A DNA stretch of 64,000 bases from a phage, in the NCBI GenBank assembly GCA_012549035.1, contig GCA_012549035.1_4805.1, one strand, 5' to 3'. Position numbers and translations under genes: made by a program. A model generated the notes under the pieces. That model had not been told where the DNA came from and ran no database searches. It saw only the letters and a list, made by a program, of their open reading frames with translations. Of the stretch, positions 20,203 through 30,241 are shown piece after piece. The first letter of the stretch is position 1. Every line of letters starts with the position of its first letter.

Positions 20203-22578
20203 TCAACCTTGCTTCGGTGAATTAGTAGGATTGTTGAGTGCTCCATATGCTTGAGAGCAATCACCCTTCAACCACTCCTTGAATGAGTTTACATCCAATT
20301 CGTGGATTGAGTCAAATCCATTCCAACCGTTACCAAATGATGCTTGATAAGCTTCTTTCGCTTCTTCTGCTGAATCGAATCCAAGCATACATTTGTGTTC
20401 ATCAAACTCGCCAGAGTAGTTATCGTTTTGGTTCACGATAAAAACTTTCGGTGACTTCAGATTTGGACCCACAAAGCAGTCGACTTCATCGCCGTCCGCG
20501 CCCTTGGTGCCCTTGATGAATCCGTAGTGGTGCGGCATCTTGACTGCCCATTCACCGTCAAGGCTGTTTCCTCTACGGATGCTGTTGCGAGGATTCTCAA
20601 TCCCAAGAATCAGTCCATGCAACTTCATCTTAGGTAATGATGCTGCGTCCATCTTTCCAACGTTGTGTCGTAAGTTTACGACATTACCTTTGACGCTTGG
20701 AAGGGTAGACGGTTGCACCGACCGTGAATCTTTTTGAGGGTCAAAATCCACATCCTGACCTTCTTTCAGGTAGTAATCCGCAATACCCTCCAGACCTTCT
20801 TTCAACTGCGTTAGGACATCAACCTGATGGCTTGATTCGTCATCGGTATCGTCCATGTTGATTTCAACAGGTGCTCTGTCAGGGTTTTCCGCCAACTCAC
20901 CACGCGCGGCACCCTCTGGCATAATACCTGTTTCGCTATAGAACTGGCCGCCCATCTTAACGACATCAGCTTTCGCCTGTTCAATATCGGCCTTACCTTG
21001 CAAGACTTCACCAGCAGACTTGCCAAGCAATGCCATATTCTCTGGAGACATCCCTGGGGTTTCTTCTGCTGCGTCTTCCGGCAGACGGTTGTAGCCGCTG
21101 TTTTTGTCGTCTTTGATGCGGTCGCGCTCTTCATCAGGAGAAATGACGCCAGCATCAATAAGAGTTTTGCCAGTGTTGGCTCGCTTATCATTGATTTCTG
21201 CAAGTTGAGTAGCAGTAAGTGAGCCAACTGGTTCCCATGCAACCTTAACATCGACATCCACCCCTTCTGATTTGAGAAGGATTTTGTAATGGCGGTCGAG
21301 AATTTTTGTCAGGTCATGCTGCTGGCACGTTTCCAACTCTTCGTGATAGCTGACCATCTCGAATTCACCAGTGGCATTAAAGCCTTTTGGCGAAGTCCCA
21401 AGCAGTTTGGTCGACGGAACTTTTGCGATTGCGGCCACCAGCTGGTACTGGTTCATGATGATGCTGTCGAAGTCTGACAAGTTGATGTCGAACTGGTCCA
21501 TCTCTTCTTTTTGGCCAAGCACTTTGACTGCATAGTTGTCGCGATACTTGATCCACATCATCAGACGTTCTGCAAAAGACCGCTCATTGGCAATCGCCTT
21601 GTCAACGTCGGTCCGCAGCGTGGTTGTACGCTTGGACATCGCCAGCAATGGCGCTTCGTTAGCGGTACGTTCAGCGGCATAGATGCGTTCATAAATCTGC
21701 TGAGTCAGAGGAATGCCGCCGTAAATATAAGTTGGCTTGAGAATATCAGCTGGCTCATCATTGCGCAAGATGATGAGGTGACTGCGATGATAACGTTGTC
21801 CGCTGATCACCCAGTATTCTGGATCATAGAAGTGCTGTGATGCAGGGTCTGCGGTATTTTCAGACGTCAAAAATGGCATCATCCAATAAGGGTCAACCTG
21901 AATGATTCCCTTGTAAGACCCCTTTGTCACACCATCAATGTTAAAAGGCTTGCTGTAATATTCTGGGTCATCGCTACGCACATCAAATATGATGACGCGG
22001 ATACCAAAAATATTTTTGAATCGTTCGGCTTCAACTAAGTGCTCTTTGATATTAAATTCTTTATCAATTTGCTTTAGGCGTTCGCTTGCCTGCACTGACA
22101 ATTCTGACTCAGAACTGGATTTGACTTCCCAACCTTTACGGACCGCATCGCGGCCTACCATGGAACACGCCTTGTTCACCAGCCAATGCTGTGCGATGAT
22201 GGCACAAGCTTGATAGCCGATGAATGACTGTGACAAATACCAGTTTTGAAGTTGAATAGGTACTGTGTATGGGTTGACCTGCCCTTCTGAACTGATGTTC
22301 TTCAAGGCATTATCCATAACTTTTTTGGATACTGTTGCGGAATCGACTGAACGACCTTTTATGATAGCAACACCGTCGCCATTAATATCAGGCTCATATA
22401 AAGGGAAGTCATCAACCGTTTTAAAGGTCGGTCGATTGCTTTCAGTCTTTTCCCAGCGTTGACCGCTGCCGCGCCTTTCAAGGCGTTCAAACGGTGCCAA
22501 TGGGTCGCCTGGCGGCATCTCCGCTGGTTCGGCTTCTGGTTGCGTCTTCTCCCAGAGTTTTATGCCAAGAATTTTCAT
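20203..22578 (-). CDS. Portal protein with C-terminal inorganic-pyrophosphatase-like extension
   Basis: About 790-aa ORF between terminase and MuF genes; AGGTGG SD before ATG at 22578; C-terminal HHYGFIKGTKGADGDEVDCFVG fits family I PPase signature D-[SGDN]-D-[PE]-[LIVMF]-D-[LIVMGAC]. Confidence 0.6.
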   Translation of the reverse strand: MKILGIKLWEKTQPEAEPAEMPPGDPLAPFERLERRGSGQRWEKTESNRPTFKTVDDFPLYEPDINGDGVAIIKGRSVDSATVSKKVMDNALKNISSEGQVNPYTVPIQLQNWYLSQSFIGYQACAIIAQHWLVNKACSMVGRDAVRKGWEVKSSSESELSVQASERLKQIDKEFNIKEHLVEAERFKNIFGIRVIIFDVRSDDPEYYSKPFNIDGVTKGSYKGIIQVDPYWMMPFLTSENTADPASQHFYDPEYWVISGQRYHRSHLIILRNDEPADILKPTYIYGGIPLTQQIYERIYAAERTANEAPLLAMSKRTTTLRTDVDKAIANERSFAERLMMWIKYRDNYAVKVLGQKEEMDQFDINLSDFDSIIMNQYQLVAAIAKVPSTKLLGTSPKGFNATGEFEMVSYHEELETCQQHDLTKILDRHYKILLKSEGVDVDVKVAWEPVGSLTATQLAEINDKRANTGKTLIDAGVISPDEERDRIKDDKNSGYNRLPEDAAEETPGMSPENMALLGKSAGEVLQGKADIEQAKADVVKMGGQFYSETGIMPEGAARGELAENPDRAPVEINMDDTDDESSHQVDVLTQLKEGLEGIADYYLKEGQDVDFDPQKDSRSVQPSTLPSVKGNVVNLRHNVGKMDAASLPKMKLHGLILGIENPRNSIRRGNSLDGEWAVKMPHHYGFIKGTKGADGDEVDCFVGPNLKSPKVFIVNQNDNYSGEFDEHKCMLGFDSAEEAKEAYQASFGNGWNGFDSIHELDVNSFKEWLKGDCSQAYGALNNPTNSPKQG

Positions 22579-22740
22579 TGTTAACGCCACCTGACAGTGA
22601 AAGGGAATCAATCTATATTATAAATATTCATGTGTTTGTAAGCAAATGATATGTATGGTGATCATAAATAGTTCATAAAATATTTTGCTTTTGTATCATT
22701 TTGAGTTATATTTTAGTTAACCAAACGAAAGGAGATTGAA

Positions 22741-23157
22741 ATGAGCACAACAATTGTATTTGTCGTCTTGCACAACGGCGAAGTCGTTAACGTATGCGAA
22801 TATGAAGAACTGGCAAAGGCCACTGCTGCGCGATACGAAGGTGCTACTATTGACCCGTGGATTTTAGATGCGCGAAACGTCTTGCAGGCGACTTTGGATG
22901 AGTGGTTGTTGGGTCGCAAAGTCTATCCAGTAGACAACATCGACTCAATTCAAGGTGAAACAGTATATTTTGAAGATGAATGCGTTCGCGGCATCGGCAA
23001 ATTTATGGGATTGTGCCCATCTTCATCCAAAAATAAATTTTATCGTATTCAAGTTGAAGAAAACGATATGTTTGACAAAGTTACGCGCTCGATTGTTCCT
23101 GGCGGCGGCACTCCAATATTTATGGCAGAATCAGACATCAAAGGGATTATCAAATGA
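22741..23157 (+). CDS. Hypothetical protein
   Basis: 138-aa ORF with AAAGGAG SD; opposite strand to flanking portal and terminase genes. Confidence 0.55.
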   Translation: MSTTIVFVVLHNGEVVNVCEYEELAKATAARYEGATIDPWILDARNVLQATLDEWLLGRKVYPVDNIDSIQGETVYFEDECVRGIGKFMGLCPSSSKNKFYRIQVEENDMFDKVTRSIVPGGGTPIFMAESDIKGIIK

Positions 23158-23393
23158 GAACTTTAACCGAACTCGATGTTTTGAAAGATGTTGCAGCCGC
23201 GCTGGGCGTTGAAGTCTCCGAAAAGTCGACACTGGGTGCACTGCGTCGTGATTTACTCGAAGCCGTCGACCGCAACGATTTTGATCGTAAGTGTTTGCAA
23301 AAGAAGATTCGACAGGCAGTAAGGGCGGGTAAGCGATTCCGTGCCAGGTCGTTTGCCGCAAGAAAACTCGACCTTCAGCACGGAATGCTTTAG
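23154..23393 (+). CDS. Hypothetical basic protein
   Basis: 79-aa ORF with ATGA overlap to upstream gene. Confidence 0.5.
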   Translation: MRTLTELDVLKDVAAALGVEVSEKSTLGALRRDLLEAVDRNDFDRKCLQKKIRQAVRAGKRFRARSFAARKLDLQHGML

Positions 23394-23396
23394 TTG

Positions 23397-24857
23397 TTAA
23401 AGGTTAGAGAAGAAGCCGGATGCTGCAACAATTGGTTTCATCAATGCCATGATTGCGGCGTCCGCTTTGTTAGGCGATTTAACTCCACGCTTTGCCATAT
23501 CCTTTTTCGATTCAACTTTGAACTTACCAAGAACAGACGTGTCTTTGCGCGGCGCTGACATCTCAAAAAGAAACGTCTCAATTTCTTCCGCAGACCAAGC
23601 AGGAATCCCAAGTTCTGGAATGCCGTCTGTGTCGATGGAAATCAACTCATCGGTCGGATATACGGCTTGCCCTGTCGCATACTCATATGTCTTTCTGAAT
23701 CGTTCGGCAATCTCAGTCCATTTTTGCGCTTTTATGTTTGCGAAATGGTCTTTATTGAGTATTTCAACGTGTGGTAACTCAAGGAAAACGTCATCAGGAT
23801 CATCAACAGCACCTTGCGCGTTGAACGCATTAAATTCGATTCTTGGGAATGTTGGATTTTCATGTATTGCATACTCATTGAGCTCATCAAATTTTGAACC
23901 AGCAAATGCACCGACACCGATGGCGTCATAGGTAATTGACGCGCCGAATGTCAATGCGTCTTTCCAAACTCCGCTTGCGGACTTAAGCAATTCATCTTCC
24001 AGACCTTCCCATGTCTTGATGCCACGTAATACGTTGCCTGTGACGAATGCAGTGGCGTTAAGGTCGTCGCCATCGTCCGCTACGTCAAAGCCTATACGGT
24101 TAGACCCTGACAAACTCCATCCCAGCGTAGGGTGCTTGTGGAGGTTAAGCGCAGCCTTAACGAATGCGCGGTTGATTACAGATTTGTCGCCGCCAGTCTT
24201 CGGCACGCCGCCATAAACGTGCTCTGCCTTTTTCGGGTCACGCTCGTACATGCCTGCAATAACGTCCAGCATTGTTTGCGACAAAAATGGATTGTCTTGC
24301 CAGTTTATCTTTTTAACAATGGCATTCTTCGGCGGTCGCATAACAAAGTTTTGGTAGACGAAATCGGCCTCTTCATCAGGGTTAAAGATGATCCATATTT
24401 CGGACCCTTCTTTACGGATTGTCGGCTCAATAATGTCCCACTGTTCTTCAGTAAGCGCGTGCGCTTCTTCCAGCCAAAGGACGTCAACACCTTCTGTTGA
24501 TTTAATTTCATCAACGTTACGTGCGATACCGTAAAATAGAAATTCAGATTTAGTTCTTTTATGTTCAATAGAGTTCTTTAATAAATTGAACTCATCTTTG
24601 AAATCAGAAATCTCTATTTTGTCTTTTAATAGAGTATATACAGATTCAGAAATCTTGTTCTGGAATTGTCGAACGCAAAGGAATTTTAATTTGAAGTTTG
24701 CCGCCAAATAAATAGCAAAACCAGCGGCATCGTGCGATTTGGAAGATGCACGACCGCCGTATATTACTTTGTATCGCGCTTTTGTCTTCCAGACTTCTTT
24801 TAAAGCAGGATTCAACTGGTACATGACTTTCCAATTATGTGTTAATATTTTATTCAT
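23397..24857 (-). CDS. terL: Terminase large subunit
   Basis: 486-aa ORF; Walker A-like YGGRASSKS near N-terminus; acidic nuclease-like C-terminal half; adjacent to portal. Confidence 0.8.
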   Translation of the reverse strand: MNKILTHNWKVMYQLNPALKEVWKTKARYKVIYGGRASSKSHDAAGFAIYLAANFKLKFLCVRQFQNKISESVYTLLKDKIEISDFKDEFNLLKNSIEHKRTKSEFLFYGIARNVDEIKSTEGVDVLWLEEAHALTEEQWDIIEPTIRKEGSEIWIIFNPDEEADFVYQNFVMRPPKNAIVKKINWQDNPFLSQTMLDVIAGMYERDPKKAEHVYGGVPKTGGDKSVINRAFVKAALNLHKHPTLGWSLSGSNRIGFDVADDGDDLNATAFVTGNVLRGIKTWEGLEDELLKSASGVWKDALTFGASITYDAIGVGAFAGSKFDELNEYAIHENPTFPRIEFNAFNAQGAVDDPDDVFLELPHVEILNKDHFANIKAQKWTEIAERFRKTYEYATGQAVYPTDELISIDTDGIPELGIPAWSAEEIETFLFEMSAPRKDTSVLGKFKVESKKDMAKRGVKSPNKADAAIMALMKPIVAASGFFSNL

Positions 24858-24933
24858 ATTATAGTTTGCTTGTGCAAGCTATATCAAGTAAAATTATGAT
24901 TCCAGCTTAGTAGTGGATAAAGGGTGATCTTTC

Positions 24934-24960
24934 GGCCAGATTCTTTCTGGCCATTTTTTT
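24934..24960 (+). terminator. Intrinsic terminator-like hairpin
   Basis: Stem ggccag/ctggcc, 7-nt loop, then TTTTTTT. Confidence 0.4.
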
Positions 24961-24974
24961 ATCAGGAGTAAACC

Positions 24975-25205
24975 ATGGCCCTAGTCAACATTCAACTCAC
25001 TCCCTCTTATACTTCCGTAATCTCTGTTGCTGAAAACGTATCAGGAGCACTTATTCAAGTTCGCGGCGGTGCCGCTGAGATTTGTTTTGGGGAAAAGGCC
25101 GATGACAATTTGATCGGAATCGCAGTTGTTGGTACAGTCACAATCCCGCCAGGCGTTGAGATTTTCGCAAAGGGAAGTGGCACATTAATTGCGTCTTCAC
25201 ACTAA
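24975..25205 (+). CDS. Hypothetical protein
   Basis: 76-aa ORF, AGGAG SD 5 nt upstream. Confidence 0.5.
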   Translation: MALVNIQLTPSYTSVISVAENVSGALIQVRGGAAEICFGEKADDNLIGIAVVGTVTIPPGVEIFAKGSGTLIASSH

Positions 25206-25293
25206 TACGATGCCATGGACGGCATAATTCACAAAAAGTTTGCCTTTCTGAAACTCTGCGTTATAATCATATTAACTCAAAACCGGAGGTAAT

Positions 25294-25509
25294 ATGAAAC
25301 TCATCGACCGTGCCATCAAAGCCATAGATAACCATTCCACAGCTATTGCATTTGTAATGGGATTCTGTTTTACTGCTGCGTTTGGCGACGTTCAAACATT
25401 CAAGTCTGTCATCTTGTGCTGGTCTATCTGGTCCCTCATTTCTCTGGTTTTGATTCTTCCGATGACGTGGCTTGTCCTTACTTGTCTGGAATCTCAAGGT
25501 GAAGACTGA
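25294..25509 (+). CDS. Small membrane protein (2 predicted TM; holin candidate)
   Basis: 71 aa; GGAGG SD; two hydrophobic stretches. Confidence 0.5.
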   Translation: MKLIDRAIKAIDNHSTAIAFVMGFCFTAAFGDVQTFKSVILCWSIWSLISLVLILPMTWLVLTCLESQGED

Positions 25510-25730
25510 TGAGACTATCAATCAAAGAGCGGGCAAAACGTCCCAAAAGGAGTGAGCCAAAAGCGAAATATACATGCGTAGGCGGTCCATTCGACGGTCA
25601 AGCGATGTGGCTTTCAAAATCTAATCCATCGACGGTTGAGTTTAGCCTTCATGGAATGCGCGGCAGATACCTGCTAAACAGAGAAACAATCGGCAGCACA
25701 TTTGTGGAGTGGAAAGAAAATGGCAAGTGA
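25509..25730 (+). CDS. Hypothetical protein
   Basis: 73-aa basic ORF, start overlaps upstream stop. Confidence 0.45.
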   Translation: MRLSIKERAKRPKRSEPKAKYTCVGGPFDGQAMWLSKSNPSTVEFSLHGMRGRYLLNRETIGSTFVEWKENGK

Positions 25731-25953
25731 ATTAACTTTAAAAGTACCAAAAGAAGTGCTAGATAAGGCATATGCAGATTCTGTAAAAGAATTGGCCGTG
25801 GTGCTTGGGATTGAAAATGAATTTAACGTTCAATTGCAATTCCTTAAGGACACGCTTCAAATTAAAGAGAATAGAGAGGCTGGAAGCGGTGCGCCTTTAG
25901 CTCTGGCAATCCTCTATACAGGTCTGATTTTGCAATCTGGAGACGAACTGTGA
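25720..25953 (+). CDS. Hypothetical protein
   Basis: ORF in track frame 25702..25953; likely start at MASELTL. Confidence 0.4.
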   Translation: MASELTLKVPKEVLDKAYADSVKELAVVLGIENEFNVQLQFLKDTLQIKENREAGSGAPLALAILYTGLILQSGDEL

Positions 25954-26149
25954 ATCGTTGGTGCAGTTGGAAGTTGAAACGACTCGCATGGGCCAATGCC
26001 GCCAATTCTGCTGGCCCAATCACCGCTGGTGTTGGGTCGATATGGGATGGCGAAGGCCGTTGGGACTCTCTGTGTGGCACGCGCCTATTCTTTCGCGTAA
26101 AATAATTATCACCCTTCCCGCTTCGGGAAGGGAATTTAAAGAGGTTATC

Positions 26150-26491
26150 ATGAACAACACTTTATCACAACTGTTAATCTGGACTATCGCCGCTATCATC
26201 GGCACCGTTATTATGATGTCAAGTGCAAAGGCTGAAACGGATATTTGCGGCAGGCTGATTTCTGAAAACGGCGAAATCTATTATGGCAACTCAAAAGGTG
26301 ATTATATATCGCCTGAAGTTTGCGCTCAGAAGAAAGCAGAAATGCAAAAGCAGTATCATGAAGATCAATCTATATCTCAAGCCGCTCTGATTGAATTAAG
26401 TATATCAGCCATCATCTTTCTAATCGTTTTTATGCTCATTATTAAACCAAATAATGGCAGCCACCGTCATATTCCTCTCAAAAGAAATTAA
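26150..26491 (+). CDS. Membrane protein with N-terminal signal/TM and C-terminal TM
   Basis: AAAGAGG SD before ATG at 26150 (MNNTLSQLLIWTIAAIIGTVIMMSSAKA); track N-terminal extension is Trp/Cys/Arg-rich and unlikely coding. Confidence 0.5.
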   Translation: MNNTLSQLLIWTIAAIIGTVIMMSSAKAETDICGRLISENGEIYYGNSKGDYISPEVCAQKKAEMQKQYHEDQSISQAALIELSISAIIFLIVFMLIIKPNNGSHRHIPLKRN

Positions 26492-26529
26492 GGTTATAAT
26501 ACGGTTGTCGACAAAACGAGGACCGTAAA

Positions 26530-28881
26530 ATGCCAAGGCTAATATTCAAAAACAACTTTGAGGTCGCGCTCGCTCAGCCAACGACGACTTCAGACACCAC
26601 AATCACAATCCGCTCAGGGTCGGGCTTTCCGGCCTTGGGCGCAAACGAGAGTGTAGTGGCGACAATCGTCGACGCTGCAACAGGCCTCCAATTCGAAATC
26701 ATCACAGTAACAGCCGTCGTTGGTGATGTCCTGACCGTTCAGCGTGCACAGGAAGGGACTGCAGCGCGTGCATGGGCTGCTGGTGACATGCTTTCCATTC
26801 GAACAACTGCTGCGACTTTGACGGGTACTGTCCGAAACTTTGGCGTAATTCCTAATGGAGTAAACCTTAACGCGCTGAACGGAAGCTGGTTCGGGCAGTA
26901 TTACCAACTGGCTGATTCTGGGGCATCAATATCACTCAACTATCCTGTCGCACAAGCGGGAATACTTGAAGTTTTACAAACGGGAGTTTCAACGAACGGA
27001 TGTGTTCAGCGATACACACCTTACAACACTAACACTGTATACCAGAGGCTGTATAATGCCATCACATCAACTTGGTCTGATTGGGTTCAAGTTTATAATA
27101 CGCAAAGCGTTATACCAGTCGCAAATGGCGGTACAGGACAAACGACCATCCAAGGGATGAAGTCTGCTTTTGGATTCGGAACGGTCGCTGATCAAAACAT
27201 TGTTCCCACTTCAATGGGCGGTACGGGATCAGCAGACAATGCGCAGGCATGGCTTAACATTCGTCCACAAGGGTCGACTCCGCTGGCTGGCGACCCTGTG
27301 AATGATTATGATGCCGCAACTAAGCGTTGGGTTGAGAACTTAGTAAATACTGGCACCGTTGGCCCAAGCATGAACGGTGTTATGAACTATGGCGTCGGTG
27401 ACTTCCACTTACGCGACAGTCGTGCTTATATTCAACCGTATGAAGTCGTTGCTGATGGGCAGTTGTTAAACCGCGCTGACTGGCCTGAACTTTGGGCGTA
27501 TGCGCAAATGCTTTCTCCTATTGCTGATGCCGACTGGCTTGCCGACCCAGCGAAACGCGGCAAGTATTCACTTGGTAATGGCACAACGACATTCCGTGTG
27601 CCAGACCGTAACGGTATTCAGACGGGATCAATAGATTCTCTTTACGGTCGAGGCGATGGTGGCAATTCAAGTCTCGACGGAACAGTGATTGAATCAGGTG
27701 CACCAGATATTCAAGGTTCCATCCGAACGGTTTCGGCAGCAGCTGTATTTGAAAACTCAGGGCAGAGCGGCGCATTTTACAATCAAGAGGCGACTTATCC
27801 TTATGCAGACCTTGGCAGCATAACTGCGCCAGGCGCTACAACAAATTATCCAAGGCGTGTGAGTTTTTCAGCCAATCGATCAAATTCCGTGTATGGCAGA
27901 ACGACAACCGAAATCCGACCGAAGTCATTCATCGGCGTTTGGGTAATCCGTGCATCTGGTGGGTTCGTGGCGGCGAATACGACTTGGAGCGTTATTAATG
28001 GTGACGCAGTAAAACCTGCAACCGGAACGCTTGTCAGAGGCGGCAGTGTAAAATCTGAATATAAAATTGGCACCAACATTGCGTATCAAGCATTCTTGCA
28101 AGCATACGGTAAGATTGATGGATTAACGTCTGAACAAGGTGCTGTGATATCTAATGGGGTGCAAGAATGGAAGTTTGCGCAAGACGGTACATTTTATTTC
28201 CCTGACTCCATAAATCAAATTGGCACGGAAAGGTCAGACGGGGCGTTGAATGTTAATGCATATCTCAGACCAAAAGACCTTGTTGCGAAACCGTTGAACT
28301 CAGTAGGCGTTTCAGCGTATGAAAGCAACGGCATGAGGATGATAAACTTCAACCAGTCAACACCTGGGTATGTATCATATTTTTCAGGGGATTGGTATGC
28401 TGGCAGTTATACATTCGGAGGCGTTCGAGGCACCGGAGTTGATTTGATGCACGCGCAAATATCCATAAACAATGGGCAAGGCGCTGCAGCAGACTTCAAA
28501 TTTCTACCTGATGGTACTGCTACTGCAGGGAACTGGGTAAGCACGTCTGATGAAAGGGTAAAAACAAATATTCAAAGGATTTCCGACCCGTTAGGAAAGA
28601 TGAGGTTGATCAAGGGTGTGACTTGGGAGCGCCTTGATAAGTCAGAGAAACCGAATGGCATCGGCTTTATAGCTCAAGATGTAGAAGGTGTATTCCCTGA
28701 CGCAGTAAGAACTTTGAAATATTCAAACACGGAACTTAAGGATGGCACGGTTGTAGAGAATATCAAGTCAGTCGACACTTACGGAGTGGCAGCGGCACTG
28801 CACCACGAGGCTATTCTCGCATTGATGGATCAAATAGATGAACTCAAGGCAGAGATAGCCGCGCTGAAAGAAGCGAAATAA
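26530..28881 (+). CDS. Tail fiber/spike with C-terminal intramolecular chaperone (peptidase S74-like) domain
   Basis: 783 aa; GAGGA SD; C-terminal SDERVKTNIQRISDPLGKMRLIKGVTWERLDKSEKPNGIGFIAQDVEGVFPDAV matches auto-cleaving chaperone domain of endosialidase-type fibers. Confidence 0.75.
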   Translation: MPRLIFKNNFEVALAQPTTTSDTTITIRSGSGFPALGANESVVATIVDAATGLQFEIITVTAVVGDVLTVQRAQEGTAARAWAAGDMLSIRTTAATLTGTVRNFGVIPNGVNLNALNGSWFGQYYQLADSGASISLNYPVAQAGILEVLQTGVSTNGCVQRYTPYNTNTVYQRLYNAITSTWSDWVQVYNTQSVIPVANGGTGQTTIQGMKSAFGFGTVADQNIVPTSMGGTGSADNAQAWLNIRPQGSTPLAGDPVNDYDAATKRWVENLVNTGTVGPSMNGVMNYGVGDFHLRDSRAYIQPYEVVADGQLLNRADWPELWAYAQMLSPIADADWLADPAKRGKYSLGNGTTTFRVPDRNGIQTGSIDSLYGRGDGGNSSLDGTVIESGAPDIQGSIRTVSAAAVFENSGQSGAFYNQEATYPYADLGSITAPGATTNYPRRVSFSANRSNSVYGRTTTEIRPKSFIGVWVIRASGGFVAANTTWSVINGDAVKPATGTLVRGGSVKSEYKIGTNIAYQAFLQAYGKIDGLTSEQGAVISNGVQEWKFAQDGTFYFPDSINQIGTERSDGALNVNAYLRPKDLVAKPLNSVGVSAYESNGMRMINFNQSTPGYVSYFSGDWYAGSYTFGGVRGTGVDLMHAQISINNGQGAAADFKFLPDGTATAGNWVSTSDERVKTNIQRISDPLGKMRLIKGVTWERLDKSEKPNGIGFIAQDVEGVFPDAVRTLKYSNTELKDGTVVENIKSVDTYGVAAALHHEAILALMDQIDELKAEIAALKEAK

Positions 28882-28889
28882 TTCACTCA

Positions 28890-28916
28890 AGGCGCTGAAA
28901 AGCGCCTTTACTTTAT
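28890..28916 (+). terminator. Intrinsic terminator after tail fiber gene
   Basis: Stem aggcgct/agcgcct, GAAA loop, T-rich tail. Confidence 0.5.
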
Positions 28917-28964
28917 GCGCTATTAAGTTATACTCATTATACGTTAACAAGTGAGGTGAATGAA

Positions 28965-29246
28965 ATGAAATTTGAATACATCGATAAGGCCCAAAAAGCA
29001 AAGGCGCTGCCTAAATATGTCATCTGTGGTATTGATCCTGAAGATAACCGCTTGGTCTTCTTAAAGCAAGTTGATAGCAATGAATCTGGCGATGCAGTTA
29101 ATTGGTGCATTCCTTTGTTTGAGACAGCAGAAGAAGCCCAGAAAGTATTGTCAGAAAGCAATCTGCCTAAACACTACAACGTGATTTCACAAGATGACAT
29201 GGCAAAATTAGTGTTTAATTTTATGGATATTGGAGAAAGGTTCTAA
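28965..29246 (+). CDS. Hypothetical protein
   Basis: ATG at 28965 after GAGGTGA SD. Confidence 0.5.
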   Translation: MKFEYIDKAQKAKALPKYVICGIDPEDNRLVFLKQVDSNESGDAVNWCIPLFETAEEAQKVLSESNLPKHYNVISQDDMAKLVFNFMDIGERF

Positions 29247-29455
29247 TGGAAATTAAATTATTGTCCGATTTCGTAAAAAGTATTGAATCCAAAGGAATGA
29301 CAATAAAGGCAAAGAAAGGTGGCCTTGTCTGCATCGATAAGCAACAAAGTGATCAGAGTATATCTCTTGATGATATCAAAACTATGCAAAAGCTTAACAA
29401 GAAGGGCGACTTGCACAAGTTCTTAATTGATATTGGGGCGGTGGACAATGGATAA
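29246..29455 (+). CDS. Hypothetical protein
   Basis: 69-aa ORF, start overlaps upstream stop. Confidence 0.5.
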   Translation: MEIKLLSDFVKSIESKGMTIKAKKGGLVCIDKQQSDQSISLDDIKTMQKLNKKGDLHKFLIDIGAVDNG

Positions 29456-29546
29456 AGAATCACGACGCTTTGCATTTTGGGGCACGGTATGCATCGCCGC
29501 GCTGTTTGGAATCGCTTATGCAATTGTTTACGCTGCAGCGGCATAA
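29448..29546 (+). CDS. Tiny hydrophobic peptide (32 aa)
   Basis: MDKESRRFAFWGTVCIAALFGIAYAIVYAAAA; ATG overlaps upstream stop; single TM-like segment. Confidence 0.35.
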   Translation: MDKESRRFAFWGTVCIAALFGIAYAIVYAAAA

Positions 29547-29548
29547 TT

Positions 29549-29944
29549 ATGATCATCGATATTGAAAAGGCTCTCAAGCGCGAATTGACACCAGGTGCGA
29601 CTCCTGGAGAAGAAGCCTACTACCGACCGAAAGCGCAACGCACCAATGAGATTCCGGTTGTGAAGCGGACAGTGAATAAGAACGGTCAGCGGTCGCGACC
29701 ACGCTCTATCCGGTCCGGTGAAAGGCTGAAAACGATTCGCCAGTGTCTACAACGTCTCGAAATAATGGGTTGTCGCGCTTATATCGACCCTGATGGAAAG
29801 GTCATGGTGAGAATTGGCAATAGTACACAGCTACAAGACGGATTGCCCTGCGGCGAATCCAGACCCATAGCCAAGACCGACCGTGTGGCTACTGGTCGCG
29901 AGGTTGAGGAAAGTTGGTTGGGTGCTTTCTTATTAAAATATTGA
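29549..29944 (+). CDS. Hypothetical basic protein
   Basis: ATG at 29549 (MIIDIEKALKR) just after tiny ORF stop. Confidence 0.45.
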   Translation: MIIDIEKALKRELTPGATPGEEAYYRPKAQRTNEIPVVKRTVNKNGQRSRPRSIRSGERLKTIRQCLQRLEIMGCRAYIDPDGKVMVRIGNSTQLQDGLPCGESRPIAKTDRVATGREVEESWLGAFLLKY

Positions 29945-29951
29945 GGTTAAT

Positions 29952-30146
29952 ATGAATAAAAATGAATCAGTAGCGTTCTTGCAATGGCTGGAAGGCGTGG
30001 TGGAGTATTACGCACCAAAAGACCGCTTCATCTTTCAAGGTAAAAGCTTCAAGCGCAAAGGACAAGCCCAGAAAGCAGCGCGTAAGTACTGGAAGGAAGT
30101 TTATTCAGATTTCTTTCAGCACATCGGCTCAGTTGGTATCGATTGA
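29952..30146 (+). CDS. Hypothetical protein
   Basis: 64-aa ORF. Confidence 0.45.
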   Translation: MNKNESVAFLQWLEGVVEYYAPKDRFIFQGKSFKRKGQAQKAARKYWKEVYSDFFQHIGSVGID

Positions 30147-30241
30147 TGAATCCAATCGTTACAATTAACAAACCGATTTGAATGCCGCGCTATGCGGCTT
30201 TATTATAATTCAAGTTAATCACCCTCATGAAAGGTAATGAT

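Noticed and set aside
20811-21257. Minus-strand 148-aa ORF
   Set aside because: Alternative frame inside the portal gene.
25950-26106. 51-aa Trp-rich small ORF and the N-terminal extension of track ORF 25958..26491
   Set aside because: Trp/Cys/Arg-rich composition typical of non-coding translation; a proper SD and ATG at 26150 explain the downstream membrane protein.
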